A DNA stretch of 64,000 nt from Bacteroidaceae bacterium (GTDB taxonomy: Bacteria > Bacteroidota > Bacteroidia > Bacteroidales > Bacteroidaceae), in assembly GCA_017483765.1 (NCBI GenBank), contig JAFUVE010000026.1, forward strand, positions 87,814 through 151,813, read 5' to 3'. Below the pieces are notes generated by a model. The model was not told the origin of the DNA. It made no database searches and saw nothing but the letters and a program-made list of their open reading frames with translations. A program made the position numbers and the translations under genes. Shown piece after piece: positions 16,356 through 27,800 of the stretch (its first letter is position 1; each line of letters begins with the position of its first letter).

Positions 16356-18104
16356 TTAGTGACGTTCGAACTGACTGGACGAACTGTAGGCAGGGTTCTG
16401 CTTGAGTGCCCCGTTGAGTTTGACTTCGTCCTCTGAAATTGGCATGTAGAGGTAAGGCTCTGTCTTCATCTTGGATATGACGGCGTTGGCGGCTTCCTCT
16501 GTTCGGGCCATCATGTTGAGCATGTTGGCGTCGTTTTCGATGAAGGTTGTCTGGTCGGCCAGGATGGCGTCATAGTTGGTGTTGATGCCTTGCTTGGCGT
16601 TGTTTCGGTAGTTCATACGCAGGAGGTCGAACCAGCGCTTGCCTTCGAAGCAAAGCTCACGAAGACGTTCGCCCATGACCAGGCTCTCCATTGCGTCAAC
16701 TGTGTTGTAGTTGGCGAAGTCGAGCGCTTTGACGCCTGAGCCCTGGAACAAGGCTCTGTCGTTGACTGCCTTGACCAGTTCGAATGCTTGCTGAAGCTTC
16801 TCCTCGCTTCCCTCATGGTCGGCCAGCTCGGTCAGTGCCTCGGCCTTCATCAGCATCACGTCGGTCATGCGATAGATAATCCAGTCGTGAGGGAAGTTGA
16901 CAAGGCCTGACTCACGAAGGCGGCTGTAGCTGGAAGGGTCGGAGCCGGTGATGGTCTCGGAAATCATCTTAGCCACGTTGTAGCTCTCGTCCACGCTGCT
17001 TGTGTTGTAATAGACGGACTTGCGGCGTGTGTCGTAAGTCTGGATGAACACGGCCTGGTCGTTGGTCGTTCCGATGGAGCCGAAGAGGCCCGGTGCCTGC
17101 ATGAATCCGAATGCGTAGTTGGTTCCGCCATAACTGTAGAACATATTGATGAGTGCCGTGTTGTTGGCGTTGAACTCCAGCTCGAAGATGCTCTCTTCGG
17201 CATTCTGGTCGACGAAGAGGGCCTGGTAGTAGTTGTCGATGTCGGCAAGGGCAGGGTAGAGGTTGGTCTCGTCCTGAGTCTGTCCGCCGTGGATGGTGCT
17301 GCTGTGGTAGTCATTTTTGGAGTTGATGACCATGTCGGCATATTCCACGCACTTCTCATAGTCTCTGTAGGCCTGTGAGGGGTTGGAGCCCAGTGTCACG
17401 CTCGCTCTCCAGAGGTAGATGTCGGCCAGGATGGCGTATACGGCGTCGCGGTTCAGATATCCGCGGCTTCTCCAGTTGTTGAGTGCGAAGTTCTGGGCGT
17501 CGTAGATGTCGGCTGAGGCTTCCTCGAGGTCCTTGATGCAGGCTTCGAGCACAACAGACGGAGCCGACTGAGGTATGCTCATCTCCTGGCTGCTGTTACG
17601 GTAGCTCTGTGTGATGTAAGGCACGTCGCGGAAAGCACGTACGAGATAGAAGTAGCATAGTGAGCGGAGTGCCTTCATCTGTGCCACGTCGAGTGCGCAG
17701 TCCCCCTCTGTGTAGTCCGGGTCGCGCTCGATGACGTCCTTCGCCATGTCGATGACGAGGTTGCAGTAGTTGATGACCGAATAGAAATTACCCCATGTGG
17801 AGAACATGTTGGTTGTCTCAATATTAGCGGTCTTGATTTCGGATAGCGCCTGGCGTGTGCGGTTGGCAGCAGGAACCTCGGAGGTGAGCTTCAGCTCGTC
17901 GCTTCGGAAGCTGCCCCAGACAATCATGCGGTTCACGATGTCGGCCGAGGCCATTTCGTGGTATGCCTGGGTCACCACCTGGGCCACTTCCGACTTCTTC
18001 TGCCAGTAGTCTTCCTCAGTCGTCTGACCGTATGGTGTGATATTGGTATCGACGCACGACACGAATAAGATACCAGAAAGGATTGACAAAATATATTTTT
18101 TCAT
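16356..18104 (-). CDS. susD: SusD/RagB-family outer-membrane lipoprotein (second pair)
   Basis: 582-aa ORF with a lipobox (LFVSC). It has the SusD motif ALRSLCYFYLVRAFRDVPY and follows susC. Confidence 0.9.
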   Translation of the reverse strand: MKKYILSILSGILFVSCVDTNITPYGQTTEEDYWQKKSEVAQVVTQAYHEMASADIVNRMIVWGSFRSDELKLTSEVPAANRTRQALSEIKTANIETTNMFSTWGNFYSVINYCNLVIDMAKDVIERDPDYTEGDCALDVAQMKALRSLCYFYLVRAFRDVPYITQSYRNSSQEMSIPQSAPSVVLEACIKDLEEASADIYDAQNFALNNWRSRGYLNRDAVYAILADIYLWRASVTLGSNPSQAYRDYEKCVEYADMVINSKNDYHSSTIHGGQTQDETNLYPALADIDNYYQALFVDQNAEESIFELEFNANNTALINMFYSYGGTNYAFGFMQAPGLFGSIGTTNDQAVFIQTYDTRRKSVYYNTSSVDESYNVAKMISETITGSDPSSYSRLRESGLVNFPHDWIIYRMTDVMLMKAEALTELADHEGSEEKLQQAFELVKAVNDRALFQGSGVKALDFANYNTVDAMESLVMGERLRELCFEGKRWFDLLRMNYRNNAKQGINTNYDAILADQTTFIENDANMLNMMARTEEAANAVISKMKTEPYLYMPISEDEVKLNGALKQNPAYSSSSQFERH

Positions 18105-18117
18105 AATTTCTTCGTTT

Positions 18118-21100
18118 TTAGAATCCTATATTAAGTGTGGCTGTGAACTGCTTTGAACGGGGTGTGCGCGAGTTGTCGGACGCGATTCCCCATCCGCCTA
18201 CGGATACTTCCGGGTCCACACCGCTGTAGTTGGTCCAGCAGTAGAGGTTGTTCATGGAAGCATAGATTGCGAGGCTGCTGATGCCGTACTTCTTCAGCTT
18301 CTTCGGGTCGAAGGAGTAGGAGAGCTGCAGGTTCTGGAAGCGGACGAAGGATCCGTCCTCCACGTATTTGCTTGAGCCCATGTAGTTGTAGCCCGTACCG
18401 TAGAGCGCGCGTGGGATCGGAGTGTCGTCGCCGTCCTTGCGCCAGCGGTAGTTCACGGTTGAGGTCTGGTTGAATACGGTGTACATGTTCTCGAGGTTGG
18501 CTCTTGCCAGGTTCACGATTTTGTTGCCGGTACGGTAGTTGAAACGTGCGACGAGCTTCCATCTTCCATATTTGAATGTGAAGCTGAAACCTCCGTTGAA
18601 CTTTGGCATGGAGTTGCCGAGGTACACGATGTCGAGAGCGTTGATCTGGCCGTCGTTGTTGATGTCCTCGAAGATGGCGTCACCTCCCTGGAAGGCATAG
18701 GTGTAGGCTCCGTCGTCGTAGTTGTAGACGAGGCGCTGAGGGGTGCCGTTGTTGTTCATCACGACGTTGCCGTTGGCGTCACGTACCACTGGGAATGTCT
18801 TTCCGTCCTTAAGCTGTCCGTTAATCCAGTCCTGGTACATGGCAGTGGTGAAGGTCTGGCCGTTCTGGCTGTAGGCCAGCTCCTGCTCCTTGCGGTAGTT
18901 CTCGAGATAGGAGTATGAGTACTGGTATGTGCCCTTGAACTTATAACCGTAGATGGAACCGAGCGGGTTGTTCTCCTGGATGAGGTTGAGGTATTTTGTG
19001 CTTCCGGCCGGGCTACGGACATCGTCCCATGTGGTGTTGATGGCGTCGAGCACACGCTGGTCCATTGACTTGATGTTGTTCACGTTCTGGGCGATGTTGA
19101 AGCTGGCTGAGATGGTGAACTTCTTTCCGATCTTGATGAAGTCTTTTCCGGTGATGTTCATTTCCCATCCGTTGTTGGTCATCTCGCCCACGTTGTACCA
19201 GCTGAGTGAGCCGAAACCAGTGGATGTAGGGATGTTCACGGCTTGCATCAGCAGGTCGGAGGTGTTCTTGCGGTAGTAGTCGAAGTCCATCTGCAACTTG
19301 TCGTCGAAGAGGTTGAGGTTACCTCCAAGGTTGTATGACGTGGTCTTCTCCCATCTGAGGTCGTCGAGGTTGACTCCTGACACCGTTGCGTAGATGTCGG
19401 TGTTGGAGCCTTTTCCGTAAGAGCCCTGGTTCACGTAGTAGTAGTTGTAGATTGCGTTGTTGCTCGTAGGAGCGCGTCCGTTGATACCCCAGCTGGCACG
19501 GAATGCGAGCATCGACACTTCCTTGGGCATCCAGCTGCGAATCCACTTCTCGTCAATCATGTTCCAACGTCCTGACAGACCAGGGAACATAGCCCACTTG
19601 TGGTCGGGGCCGAACTTGGAGTTACCGTCGAGACGTGCGGATACGCCGAGGGAGTAGATACTCTTGTAGGAAGCGTGGGCATTGAAGAGGATGTTCTCGT
19701 CAGCGCTCTTGCTTGTTGAGCTCGACATGCCTCCGTTGGCTGCGTCCACCGTCGGAGCTGTGATGCCCGGAGGGAGGTTGTATACGGTGTTGGACTGTGC
19801 GGTCGACTTCGATGTGTGCATCTGGTAGCGGAGGAGTGACGTGAAGGAGATGTCCTCGTTGTTGAAGTGAGGTGTGAACGTCAGCTTGCCTTCCATTCCC
19901 ATCTTGAATCGGTTGGACTCGGAGCTGGTGCTGATGTTGTAGTTTCCGTCGCGCCAGCCTGTACCGGTGTTGTTACCCGTGGTAAGCTCTGCCGGATACC
20001 ATGTGGGCGATGAGTTGGAGTAGATATCGAAGTCCACGTTGGCGTCCAATGTGAGGCGGTGTTTGTCGGAGCTTGTTCCGAGCAGCTCGTAGCGGAGGTT
20101 GAAGTCAGGAACGATACGGTAGGTCGTCTCCTTCTTCCATGCCTTGTTGGCAATAGCCACAGGGTTGCCCAGGCCGCGTATGCCCGACAGCGACTGTGAA
20201 GAGAAGTTTCCGGCGTAGGGGTCGCCCGACGGCATCATATAGTAGAACTCGTCGGTGTTGTGGCCGTACTCGTCCTGACGGTAGATCGACATGTTCGGAG
20301 CCATTTTCTGCGCGATGGCGAGCAAGTCAGAGTCGTTCTTCTCGTTGTTCGTGTAGGTGAGTGCGAAGTTGGTGGAGAAGCGTATGCGGTTACTTACGTC
20401 GTAGTCGAGCACGAGGCGCGTGGTGAGACGGTCGAGGTGCTGCTTGATGATCGAACCGCTTTGGTTGTCGTAGCTACCCGAGATTCGGAACGTGGCATTC
20501 TCTCCACCGCCCGATATGTTCATGTTGATGTTATGGAGCTTTCCGAAGTCGCTCACTGCGTCCACCCAGTCGGTGTTGTTGTTCCAGTTCTCATACTCAG
20601 CCCATGAGCGGTCGTAGTTGATCTCGGCGATGTTCGTCGTGGCCGTTGAGCGCTGGGCGGGGTTGTAGAACTCTTCCTTGAGCATCATGGTGTAGTCGTC
20701 ACCGTTCAGCAGCTTGTAGCCGCTCGGCATCCATGTGCCTGTGAACTTGTAGGAGAACTGCACTTTCGTCGGGCCTCTCTTACCGCGCTTGGTCTTGATC
20801 TGGATCACACCGTTGGCACCGTAGGCTCCCCATACGGCAGTTGCTGCGGCGTCCTTGAGGACGGTGATGCTCTCGATGTCGTCTACGTTCACGGAGAGAA
20901 GTGACGCGTACTGCTCCTCGTCAGCGTTGGCGAAGTCGAAGTTCTCGTCCGGGTTGTCGAATATCTTGTCGTCCACGACGATGAGCGGGTTTGCGTCGCC
21001 GTTGATGGTGGTGACACCACGCAGGCGCATCTGGGTTCCTGCACCGAGGTTACCTGAGGTTGACACGATGTCGAGACCGGCGATCTCACCTTGCAGCGCC

Positions 21101-21567
21101 TCGTCGGCAGATGTGAAGGCGAGACCTTCCACGTCCTCCATGCTCATGGTCTGGCTGGCCACGGTCATCTCGCGTACGGGAATGGTCAGTCCGCCTGAAC
21201 TCTGTTTGCGCGTCGCCTTGATGACAACTTCCTGAATCTGTCCCTGTGCCTCCATCTTCACATTGAATACAGTGCGTCCTTTCAGAGGCATAGTGACGGT
21301 CTTGTTTCCGACGAATGAGATTTGGAGCGTGTTGTTCTGGCTCTTGATCGCCATGGAGAAATTACCGTTGATGTCGGTTGACGTATGATTGACGATACGG
21401 TTGTTGGCGTCTTTCTCCACCACCGTAGCCATCATGACGGGGCCCATGTCGTCTTCCACCGTTCCTGAGATGCGCTGTGCCATGGCAGTAGCCGACCACA
21501 GTCCCATCAAAACGGTGATAAGGAAAATCCTTAGTTTCTTATTGCCCAATATCAATATATTATTCAT
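18118..21567 (-). CDS. susC: SusC/RagA-family TonB-dependent transporter (second pair)
   Basis: 1149-aa ORF. It has a CarbopepD_reg-like N-terminus (ISGTVEDDMGPVMMATVVEKD), a plug (GTQMRLRGVTTINGDANPLIVVDD) and a terminal ..TATLNIGF. Confidence 0.92.
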   Translation of the reverse strand: MNNILILGNKKLRIFLITVLMGLWSATAMAQRISGTVEDDMGPVMMATVVEKDANNRIVNHTSTDINGNFSMAIKSQNNTLQISFVGNKTVTMPLKGRTVFNVKMEAQGQIQEVVIKATRKQSSGGLTIPVREMTVASQTMSMEDVEGLAFTSADEALQGEIAGLDIVSTSGNLGAGTQMRLRGVTTINGDANPLIVVDDKIFDNPDENFDFANADEEQYASLLSVNVDDIESITVLKDAAATAVWGAYGANGVIQIKTKRGKRGPTKVQFSYKFTGTWMPSGYKLLNGDDYTMMLKEEFYNPAQRSTATTNIAEINYDRSWAEYENWNNNTDWVDAVSDFGKLHNINMNISGGGENATFRISGSYDNQSGSIIKQHLDRLTTRLVLDYDVSNRIRFSTNFALTYTNNEKNDSDLLAIAQKMAPNMSIYRQDEYGHNTDEFYYMMPSGDPYAGNFSSQSLSGIRGLGNPVAIANKAWKKETTYRIVPDFNLRYELLGTSSDKHRLTLDANVDFDIYSNSSPTWYPAELTTGNNTGTGWRDGNYNISTSSESNRFKMGMEGKLTFTPHFNNEDISFTSLLRYQMHTSKSTAQSNTVYNLPPGITAPTVDAANGGMSSSTSKSADENILFNAHASYKSIYSLGVSARLDGNSKFGPDHKWAMFPGLSGRWNMIDEKWIRSWMPKEVSMLAFRASWGINGRAPTSNNAIYNYYYVNQGSYGKGSNTDIYATVSGVNLDDLRWEKTTSYNLGGNLNLFDDKLQMDFDYYRKNTSDLLMQAVNIPTSTGFGSLSWYNVGEMTNNGWEMNITGKDFIKIGKKFTISASFNIAQNVNNIKSMDQRVLDAINTTWDDVRSPAGSTKYLNLIQENNPLGSIYGYKFKGTYQYSYSYLENYRKEQELAYSQNGQTFTTAMYQDWINGQLKDGKTFPVVRDANGNVVMNNNGTPQRLVYNYDDGAYTYAFQGGDAIFEDINNDGQINALDIVYLGNSMPKFNGGFSFTFKYGRWKLVARFNYRTGNKIVNLARANLENMYTVFNQTSTVNYRWRKDGDDTPIPRALYGTGYNYMGSSKYVEDGSFVRFQNLQLSYSFDPKKLKKYGISSLAIYASMNNLYCWTNYSGVDPEVSVGGWGIASDNSRTPRSKQFTATLNIGF

Positions 21568-21608
21568 AAAGTGGGATTTATTTAGTTTAGAAATGTGAGT
21601 TGTGGTCT

Positions 21609-24563
21609 TTATAGTGCGTTAAGCAGATCGTCCACGGTGAAGTCGTCGGCCTTCCATCCTTCGTCATATCTGAGTGAGCTGTCGAAGTAGAATGGCTCGG
21701 TGATTTCGTGTATTACGCAGAATGATGAGGTGAGAATGCTGTTGTTGGCTGCTCCACGGTCTTTGTTGAGCCAGTAGTCGCGTGCCATGATATTGCTCAG
21801 TCGCTGGCCGTTGTTTGCGTCCACTGTGTGCTGCTGGCCTCCGCCGTCGGTGATGGTGAGAACACCACCGCTGCAGCTGACACGGTTTTCCTTCAGCGGC
21901 TGGTTGGCTGGGGCGAACATGCTCTGATATGCGCCGTTGCCGCCGTCGCTTGCGGGGATATACTGGTCGGCATAGAGTGCGATATACTGGAAGTGGTATT
22001 TGCAGAACTCGTTCATCTTCTCCACTTTCTGCTTCAGAACTGAGGCATAAGGCTCAGGGCATTTCTCCTTTGAGCTGGCTTCTGTGGCCTTCTCGTAGAT
22101 CTCGCTGATTTCGTCCCAAGACGGAAGTCCGGCTGCATAGGCCTTCTCCATGGCTTCGTTGTCGGGAGCATAGAGCGTGTAGTTGAATGTGTTGAACATT
22201 TTCACGTTACCTTCCTTGGCAAGACTGCGGTTCTTCACCTGGTTGAAGCTGTAGTCGGTTGAGAAGATGAGCTTGCGCTGCTGGTCGGACACGCCGAACG
22301 GGTCCTTTGCGTAGTCGCTCGAATAGCCAATCCAGTACATGATGTCGGAGTTGGCGAATCCTGCGCACAACTCGTAGAACTCAGAGAAGCGTGGCTCGTT
22401 GGCAAGCACCTGTGACACGCTGTGGATGGTGGGCTGAATCACGTGGTCCACGCGGTAAGCATATCCGTTGTCCTCGCGCTCTGCCACCTCCACGGTGCTG
22501 GCAGGCAGGATGACGTCGCCGCCGGGCACGAGCGGACGGATTTGGCTTCCGCTCTTCACGGTCCAGTTGCCGCCGTTCTGCTCCACGAGCAGCTCGCCGC
22601 CACCCTTGGTCTTGTAGTATTTGTTTCCGGTGGTGATGGGGTCGCCGTTGGCCACGTCCTCGTTCTCAAGCACCACGGTGTGGTTGTCCATGATGTCGGC
22701 GAGTGCTGACTTGATCTGGTCCTTGCTCGAGTTGAAGTTCAGGTCAGACTGGTTGGTCGTGATTTCTCCGGTTTTCAGGTCGATGGTGTAGGCGCGTGCG
22801 CCGAGATACTGCTGGGAGCGCAGGTTGCGGTCTGTGTTGTCATACCAGAAGTGGATTACTTGTCCCTTGTTGGTGTCCCAGTTGATGGATGCCGGGTCGA
22901 GATAGTAGATGTCGGATGAGCCGAATGCGTCGTCATCCGGTACGAAGAATGCGTACTTGGCCTTCATGGCAAGCAGGTAGTACTGGAAGTCGATGCCCAG
23001 GTAGCCGGTGTATTTTTCCTCAACTGCCCAGTCCATGACTTTCATGTCGCGGTACGTAGCCACAGGACCGAGCACAGAGCGGTAGCGGTCGGGGGCGAGC
23101 ACACCGTGAATCTTGTAAATGATACCGTTGTTCGCTATCTTGATGTCGTATTTCCCGTCGGGACGAACAACGAGTGAGTCGATGCTCATGTTGAGCAGCT
23201 CGCTTGCGTCGTTGATGATTTCAGGGAACTTGCTCGGCACGGTTGAGATGAACGAAGTCTTCTCGATGTTGTTTACGAACGATGTGAGAATGACAGGGTT
23301 GGCATTGTGAACGGAGTCGAGGTTCTCAAGCAGGTTTTCCCGTGTGTTTTCCTTCTTGCCGTATTCATTGATGATGAATGCGCCCTTTGTGCTGAAATAA
23401 TTCCACAGCGCGTCGTCTGTTGGCACGAACATGGCTCCCATGTCCGTGATTTTCGCGATGTCGGCTGTCGATCGGTTGGAGTTGGGGTAGTATTCGTTCC
23501 ATCCTGGGTCGTAGTTGAGCACCTCGTTTGTGGCCCTTGCCGTTCCGTTCGGGTCTGTGTTGCCGTCGACACCCTGGGAGATGACGCTGAGGTATCTTAC
23601 CTTATATATATTGTCGTGCTGCGTGTAGCCGTTCTTGTTGGCTGCCTCAGGGTTCTGGGTCACCCAGGCGTTGTACGATGTTGTTGTCGCTGCGTCGGGA
23701 TAAGCCACCTTGAAGTAGTCCAGGATATGGCTGAAGTACTGGGTGTCCTTGTCTTTCTGGATGACCTGGGCCATGTTACCCGGCTGAACGAGCACGTCCT
23801 GCACCTGGTGGATGTATCCGTTGAGGCAGGTGATGTCCTTGTTGATGATCTTGTTGTTGTAGATGTAGACCGGCTTCTCGGCGTCGTCGTATGGTTCGCC
23901 GGTGATGATGGCGAAGTCGGACTGGTCGCCTTGTGTGGAGATTCCGTTGTTCACCATCTGCTCACGAGTGAAATGCACAATGGGAGGAGTGGTGTTGTCA
24001 CACACAGCCCAGATGGGTTGACCGGTTTCTTTGAATGCGGTCCAGTAGCTGTTGTTCTTCGGCATTTCAGCCGGCGTGATTTTGGTGATGGAGTCAATCA
24101 CGCTGATGTTTGAAGGGTGTTTCAGCGCCATGCCCTCAGCGATTCCAGTCGTGGCTGTTGTCGACTCCACGTTGGAGAGCATGCTGGTCAGCAGGGCGTT
24201 GTCGAGCATCGACGAGTAGAGAAGCATCTTCTTCTGAGCATAAGTCAGTTCCTCGTAGGAGGATACGCCCCACTCGTTGCTTTGGAAGAATCGCTTGAAC
24301 GCGTCGTCGTTGGCAGGGAAGATGGTCTTGCTACCAGTCCGGTTGAGCGTCTCGTCATATCCGAGGTCGTCGATGAGCTTCAGATACGTCGTGAACGTTC
24401 CCGTCAGTTTTTTTCCACTCTTGAGTTCGGAATAAATACTTCCTCCGAGCCATGATGGAGTGGAATCCTCGTCCACATCGCCGTAGATGTCCCCATACGT
24501 GTCGTCGCAGGAGACCAATAGCAATGATCCCAAGAATAACGTTAGTAATAGTACTTTTTTCAT
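21609..24563 (-). CDS. large fasciclin (FAS1) multi-domain lipoprotein
   Basis: The start is taken at MKKVLLLTLFLGSLLLVSC (lipobox) rather than the track start at 24620. FAS1 motifs are KTIFPANDDAFKRFF and YTLYAPDNEAMEKAY. Confidence 0.8.
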   Translation of the reverse strand: MKKVLLLTLFLGSLLLVSCDDTYGDIYGDVDEDSTPSWLGGSIYSELKSGKKLTGTFTTYLKLIDDLGYDETLNRTGSKTIFPANDDAFKRFFQSNEWGVSSYEELTYAQKKMLLYSSMLDNALLTSMLSNVESTTATTGIAEGMALKHPSNISVIDSITKITPAEMPKNNSYWTAFKETGQPIWAVCDNTTPPIVHFTREQMVNNGISTQGDQSDFAIITGEPYDDAEKPVYIYNNKIINKDITCLNGYIHQVQDVLVQPGNMAQVIQKDKDTQYFSHILDYFKVAYPDAATTTSYNAWVTQNPEAANKNGYTQHDNIYKVRYLSVISQGVDGNTDPNGTARATNEVLNYDPGWNEYYPNSNRSTADIAKITDMGAMFVPTDDALWNYFSTKGAFIINEYGKKENTRENLLENLDSVHNANPVILTSFVNNIEKTSFISTVPSKFPEIINDASELLNMSIDSLVVRPDGKYDIKIANNGIIYKIHGVLAPDRYRSVLGPVATYRDMKVMDWAVEEKYTGYLGIDFQYYLLAMKAKYAFFVPDDDAFGSSDIYYLDPASINWDTNKGQVIHFWYDNTDRNLRSQQYLGARAYTIDLKTGEITTNQSDLNFNSSKDQIKSALADIMDNHTVVLENEDVANGDPITTGNKYYKTKGGGELLVEQNGGNWTVKSGSQIRPLVPGGDVILPASTVEVAEREDNGYAYRVDHVIQPTIHSVSQVLANEPRFSEFYELCAGFANSDIMYWIGYSSDYAKDPFGVSDQQRKLIFSTDYSFNQVKNRSLAKEGNVKMFNTFNYTLYAPDNEAMEKAYAAGLPSWDEISEIYEKATEASSKEKCPEPYASVLKQKVEKMNEFCKYHFQYIALYADQYIPASDGGNGAYQSMFAPANQPLKENRVSCSGGVLTITDGGGQQHTVDANNGQRLSNIMARDYWLNKDRGAANNSILTSSFCVIHEITEPFYFDSSLRYDEGWKADDFTVDDLLNAL

Positions 24564-24610
24564 AAATGTTATTTTAGTAATAATTGAAGTGTTTTCTATA
24601 GCAGTAAGTG

Positions 24611-24633
24611 CGCTCCGCACCCATGTGCGGAGC
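24611..24633. other. 9-bp-stem hairpin (gctccgcac-ccat-gtgcggagc) in the intercistronic spacer
   Basis: Perfect inverted repeat with no U-tract. It may be a processing or attenuation element. Confidence 0.3.
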
Positions 24634-24723
24634 TCACTTTCAGTTTAGTCAGTTCACAAATTTATGTTTTTTATTTGACATCTGCAAACAAATCTTAATT
24701 TTTTTTAAAATTCATCAATTATT

Positions 24724-24885
24724 TCATTGTGCGGCAATGATATTGATGACTGCCACGATGTCACTGATATCAACATTCTTGTCGTTGTTGACGTCGGCGT
24801 ATCGGTAGGTTGCAGTGCCGGCAATCTGGTTGATGATGGCCACGATGTCGGAGATGTCCACCTGTCCGTCCTCGTTCACGTCGCC
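24724..24885 (-). repeat. dockerin-type module, copy C (coding)
   Basis: GDVNEDGQVDISDIVAIINQIAGTATYRYADVNNDKNVDISDIVAVINIIAAQ. Confidence 0.8.
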
Positions 24886-27800
24886 AGGCTTGTTCGTCGC
24901 CTCAACCACGAAGAGCAGGCCTTCGTTCAGCCGAGAGTCGTCCCATGCGAGGCCCTTCTCCGGGTCGAGCACGTTGCTCGCGAGCTTGGGAGACCCTGTG
25001 CTGCTGGTGGCGTCCCATACACGGATGGAGTCGCCGACAGCGAGAGTGTGTGACTCGCTTACGCTCACCTCCACGGTTCCGTTGCAGGTCATTCTTTCTA
25101 TGTTCATGAGAGTGGAACAACCATTCTTGCTTGCGGATACTTCTTCTTCAGCACATTTGCGTGCATTAATGCGGATGATTCCGGTCGTTCCTACGTTCAC
25201 GTTCCTGCCGCCGAAGTCAATAGCTCCAGTTGAGGAGGTGGCGAGCAGTCCTGGCTGAACGATTCCGTTCAGCGTGTAGCGTGTGTTGGTCAGTGAGCCG
25301 GTACCGGAGAGTATTGCGTCGGGCTGCAGCGTGAGCATGCCTTTTCCAAGACATGACTTGTTGCGAGTGAAGAGTTCGCCTTCAGATATCTTCACGTTTC
25401 CGCTGTTTTCCCATACTCCGGATACGGTCATCTTGCAGCTGCCCACCTTCTCGAACACAGATTTGTTGTTTCCGCTGTCGGTCAGTTTTCCTGCGAACGT
25501 GAAGTCTCCAAGCGTGTCGTTGCCAACAATCCAGGTGTTGCTTCCGCTCACGGCGCTCTGGTTCTGGTAGTTGGAGTTCGGTCCGCAGAGGTTGCCTGAG
25601 CCTGTGAGCTTACCGATTCTGAATGATTTTGCCACGTTGTTGACGTTGCAGTCTTCCGCGATGTCGAGTGTGGCAGCTGGAAGTCCGTAGCTGTTGTCGA
25701 GCGGCAGGGTGATGCTGGTGTTGGTGTGCTTGATAGTGCCTTTGAACTTGCTCCAGTCTCCGGTGATTCTGACTCGGTTGGATGTGTTGGTTGGCTCGAT
25801 GGTGAGTGTGCCGCTTCCTGTCAACTTGTTTTCGTGAGCTGCATAGGCGGTTCCGGACAGGGTCAGCGTGGCGTTGGCTTTTTCAGCTACTTCAATCGGG
25901 CAAGAGATGAATCCATGTCCCTTGAGGTTGCCGGTTCCTTCAAGCAAGACGTTGTATGGGTAAGAGGCAGTGGCGTAGTTGAAGGTGCCGGCCTGAACAA
26001 TGAGTTTCTTGGCCGTGAGGGTACCCTGCATGTCGAATGTACCGGCGCCCTTCTTCGTTGCCTGGGTTCCGGCGATGTTCTTCTCCATCACGAAGTTTTT
26101 CGCGTTGTTGATCACGCCGCCTTCCTCGCCGTCCATGCGGATGGGAGATCCCATCTTCACGTCAGCGGTGGTCTGCAGTTCGGCGCCGTTCTCCATCGTG
26201 AACTTGGCCAGGGTGGTAGTCACAGCTCCGAGGTTTCCGTATGCCTGAGTGCTGTTCGACAGACTGCTCACCTTCACGATACCGCCTTTGAGGAAGTTGC
26301 CTCCTGTGTAGGTGTTGTCGTTGCCCATGGTGAGTGTTCCGGTTCCTTCTTTCACGAGCACGCCGCTGGTGATGGCACCTGTTCCGTTGAAGGTGTATGC
26401 GGTGGTGTTGTTCACGAAGATGGTGTCGGCCGGCAGTTCGTCGCCCGCTTTCAGCTCCACGGTGAATATCTTCGCTGAGTCGTTGAAGTTGACGATGTCG
26501 CCCTTGGCAAAGATGTCCGGAGTCTTGTTTTCGTCAGAGAGAAGGTAGAAGTTCTCGGTTGTTGCATAGTCCCAAATCTTTGATGTGCTGCCAGTCCATA
26601 CGATTTCGCTGGCTCCGCGTACGGAACCGAGAACGAGGTAGAGGTCGCCGTTCTCCTCACGCTCAAGTCCGGACTTGAGGCTGGTGATGCCCTCCACCTT
26701 GATGTTGGCGAGGGAGCCGCTCACTTCTCCCACGTTTCCGATGAGATATCTGCCCGGTTCAAGAGTCTCTGCTCCGTCGAGCTTGTGCTCCACGATTTCG
26801 ATGACCGGCATCATGTACTGAGGTCCGTATTCCCAGGTTTTCTTGACGATGCTGAGTTTCTTGGTCTTGATCTGGTCGGCTGCGAGGTTCTCGGAATAGA
26901 GGTCGATCTTGACGCGGCTTCCGATTCCGAGCGTGAGGATGGAGTCTGCGTTGATGATGCCGACTGCGTCGTCTCCACCCGGCCGGATGACCGATCCGTA
27001 GTCCGCCTTGATGGACTTGAATGTGGCTTCTGGTGCCAGGGAGTTGAGCTGTCCGAAGCGGTTCACCCAAACGTTGGAGTTGGCAGCCGAGCCGTTGAAG
27101 TTGACGGTACCCGCCCATATGTTGGTCTCGCCCGTGTAGGTCATGTCGACAGCGGGCAGGGTGAGGATTCCGTCGCCCTGCTTGATCAGTCGGGTGCTGC
27201 CGGTGAGTGCGCCTCCGCTTACCTCGCAGGTGTAGTATGAGGTGTTGATTGGTGTTTTCTTGACGGTGGAGTTGCTGGCAGCCGTTCCCTCAACCGACGA
27301 CGGCACGTTGAACGTGACGATATACGGGCTGGCTCCGTCTGCGATGTTCACTTTCGTGTCGTTGAACTCGCAGACCATCAGGTGGTCGTCGGTGGTGGTG
27401 ATGGTACCGCCGTTCTTCACCTCGGTCCGTCCGGTCATGGTGTATGGTGGCGGTGCCTGGGTGATTCCCTCAAGCTTACCGAGGAAGTAGCTCTTATGAG
27501 GTGGCTGGTTGTAGCCCATGGTCTGCCAAACCATTGCGTTTCGGTACTGGTGGTCGTGCCAGAGGGTAGGGATTCGGTATTCCGTCGGGTAGTTGGTGGT
27601 GTAGATGACGAATGCGTTGTCGCCGTAGCGAAGTACGAGCTCCTCACGCCAGTCGCCGAGGATGTCGCCGGCCGCTCCCGGGTTGTTCTTGCTGTCGTTG
27701 GCCAATGATCCCACGCACTGTACCAGCCTGGAGCCGGTACCTGGCTTATAGACCACGGCTGCCTTAGCCGTTCCCGGGCTGTCCATATACTCGTCGCAGA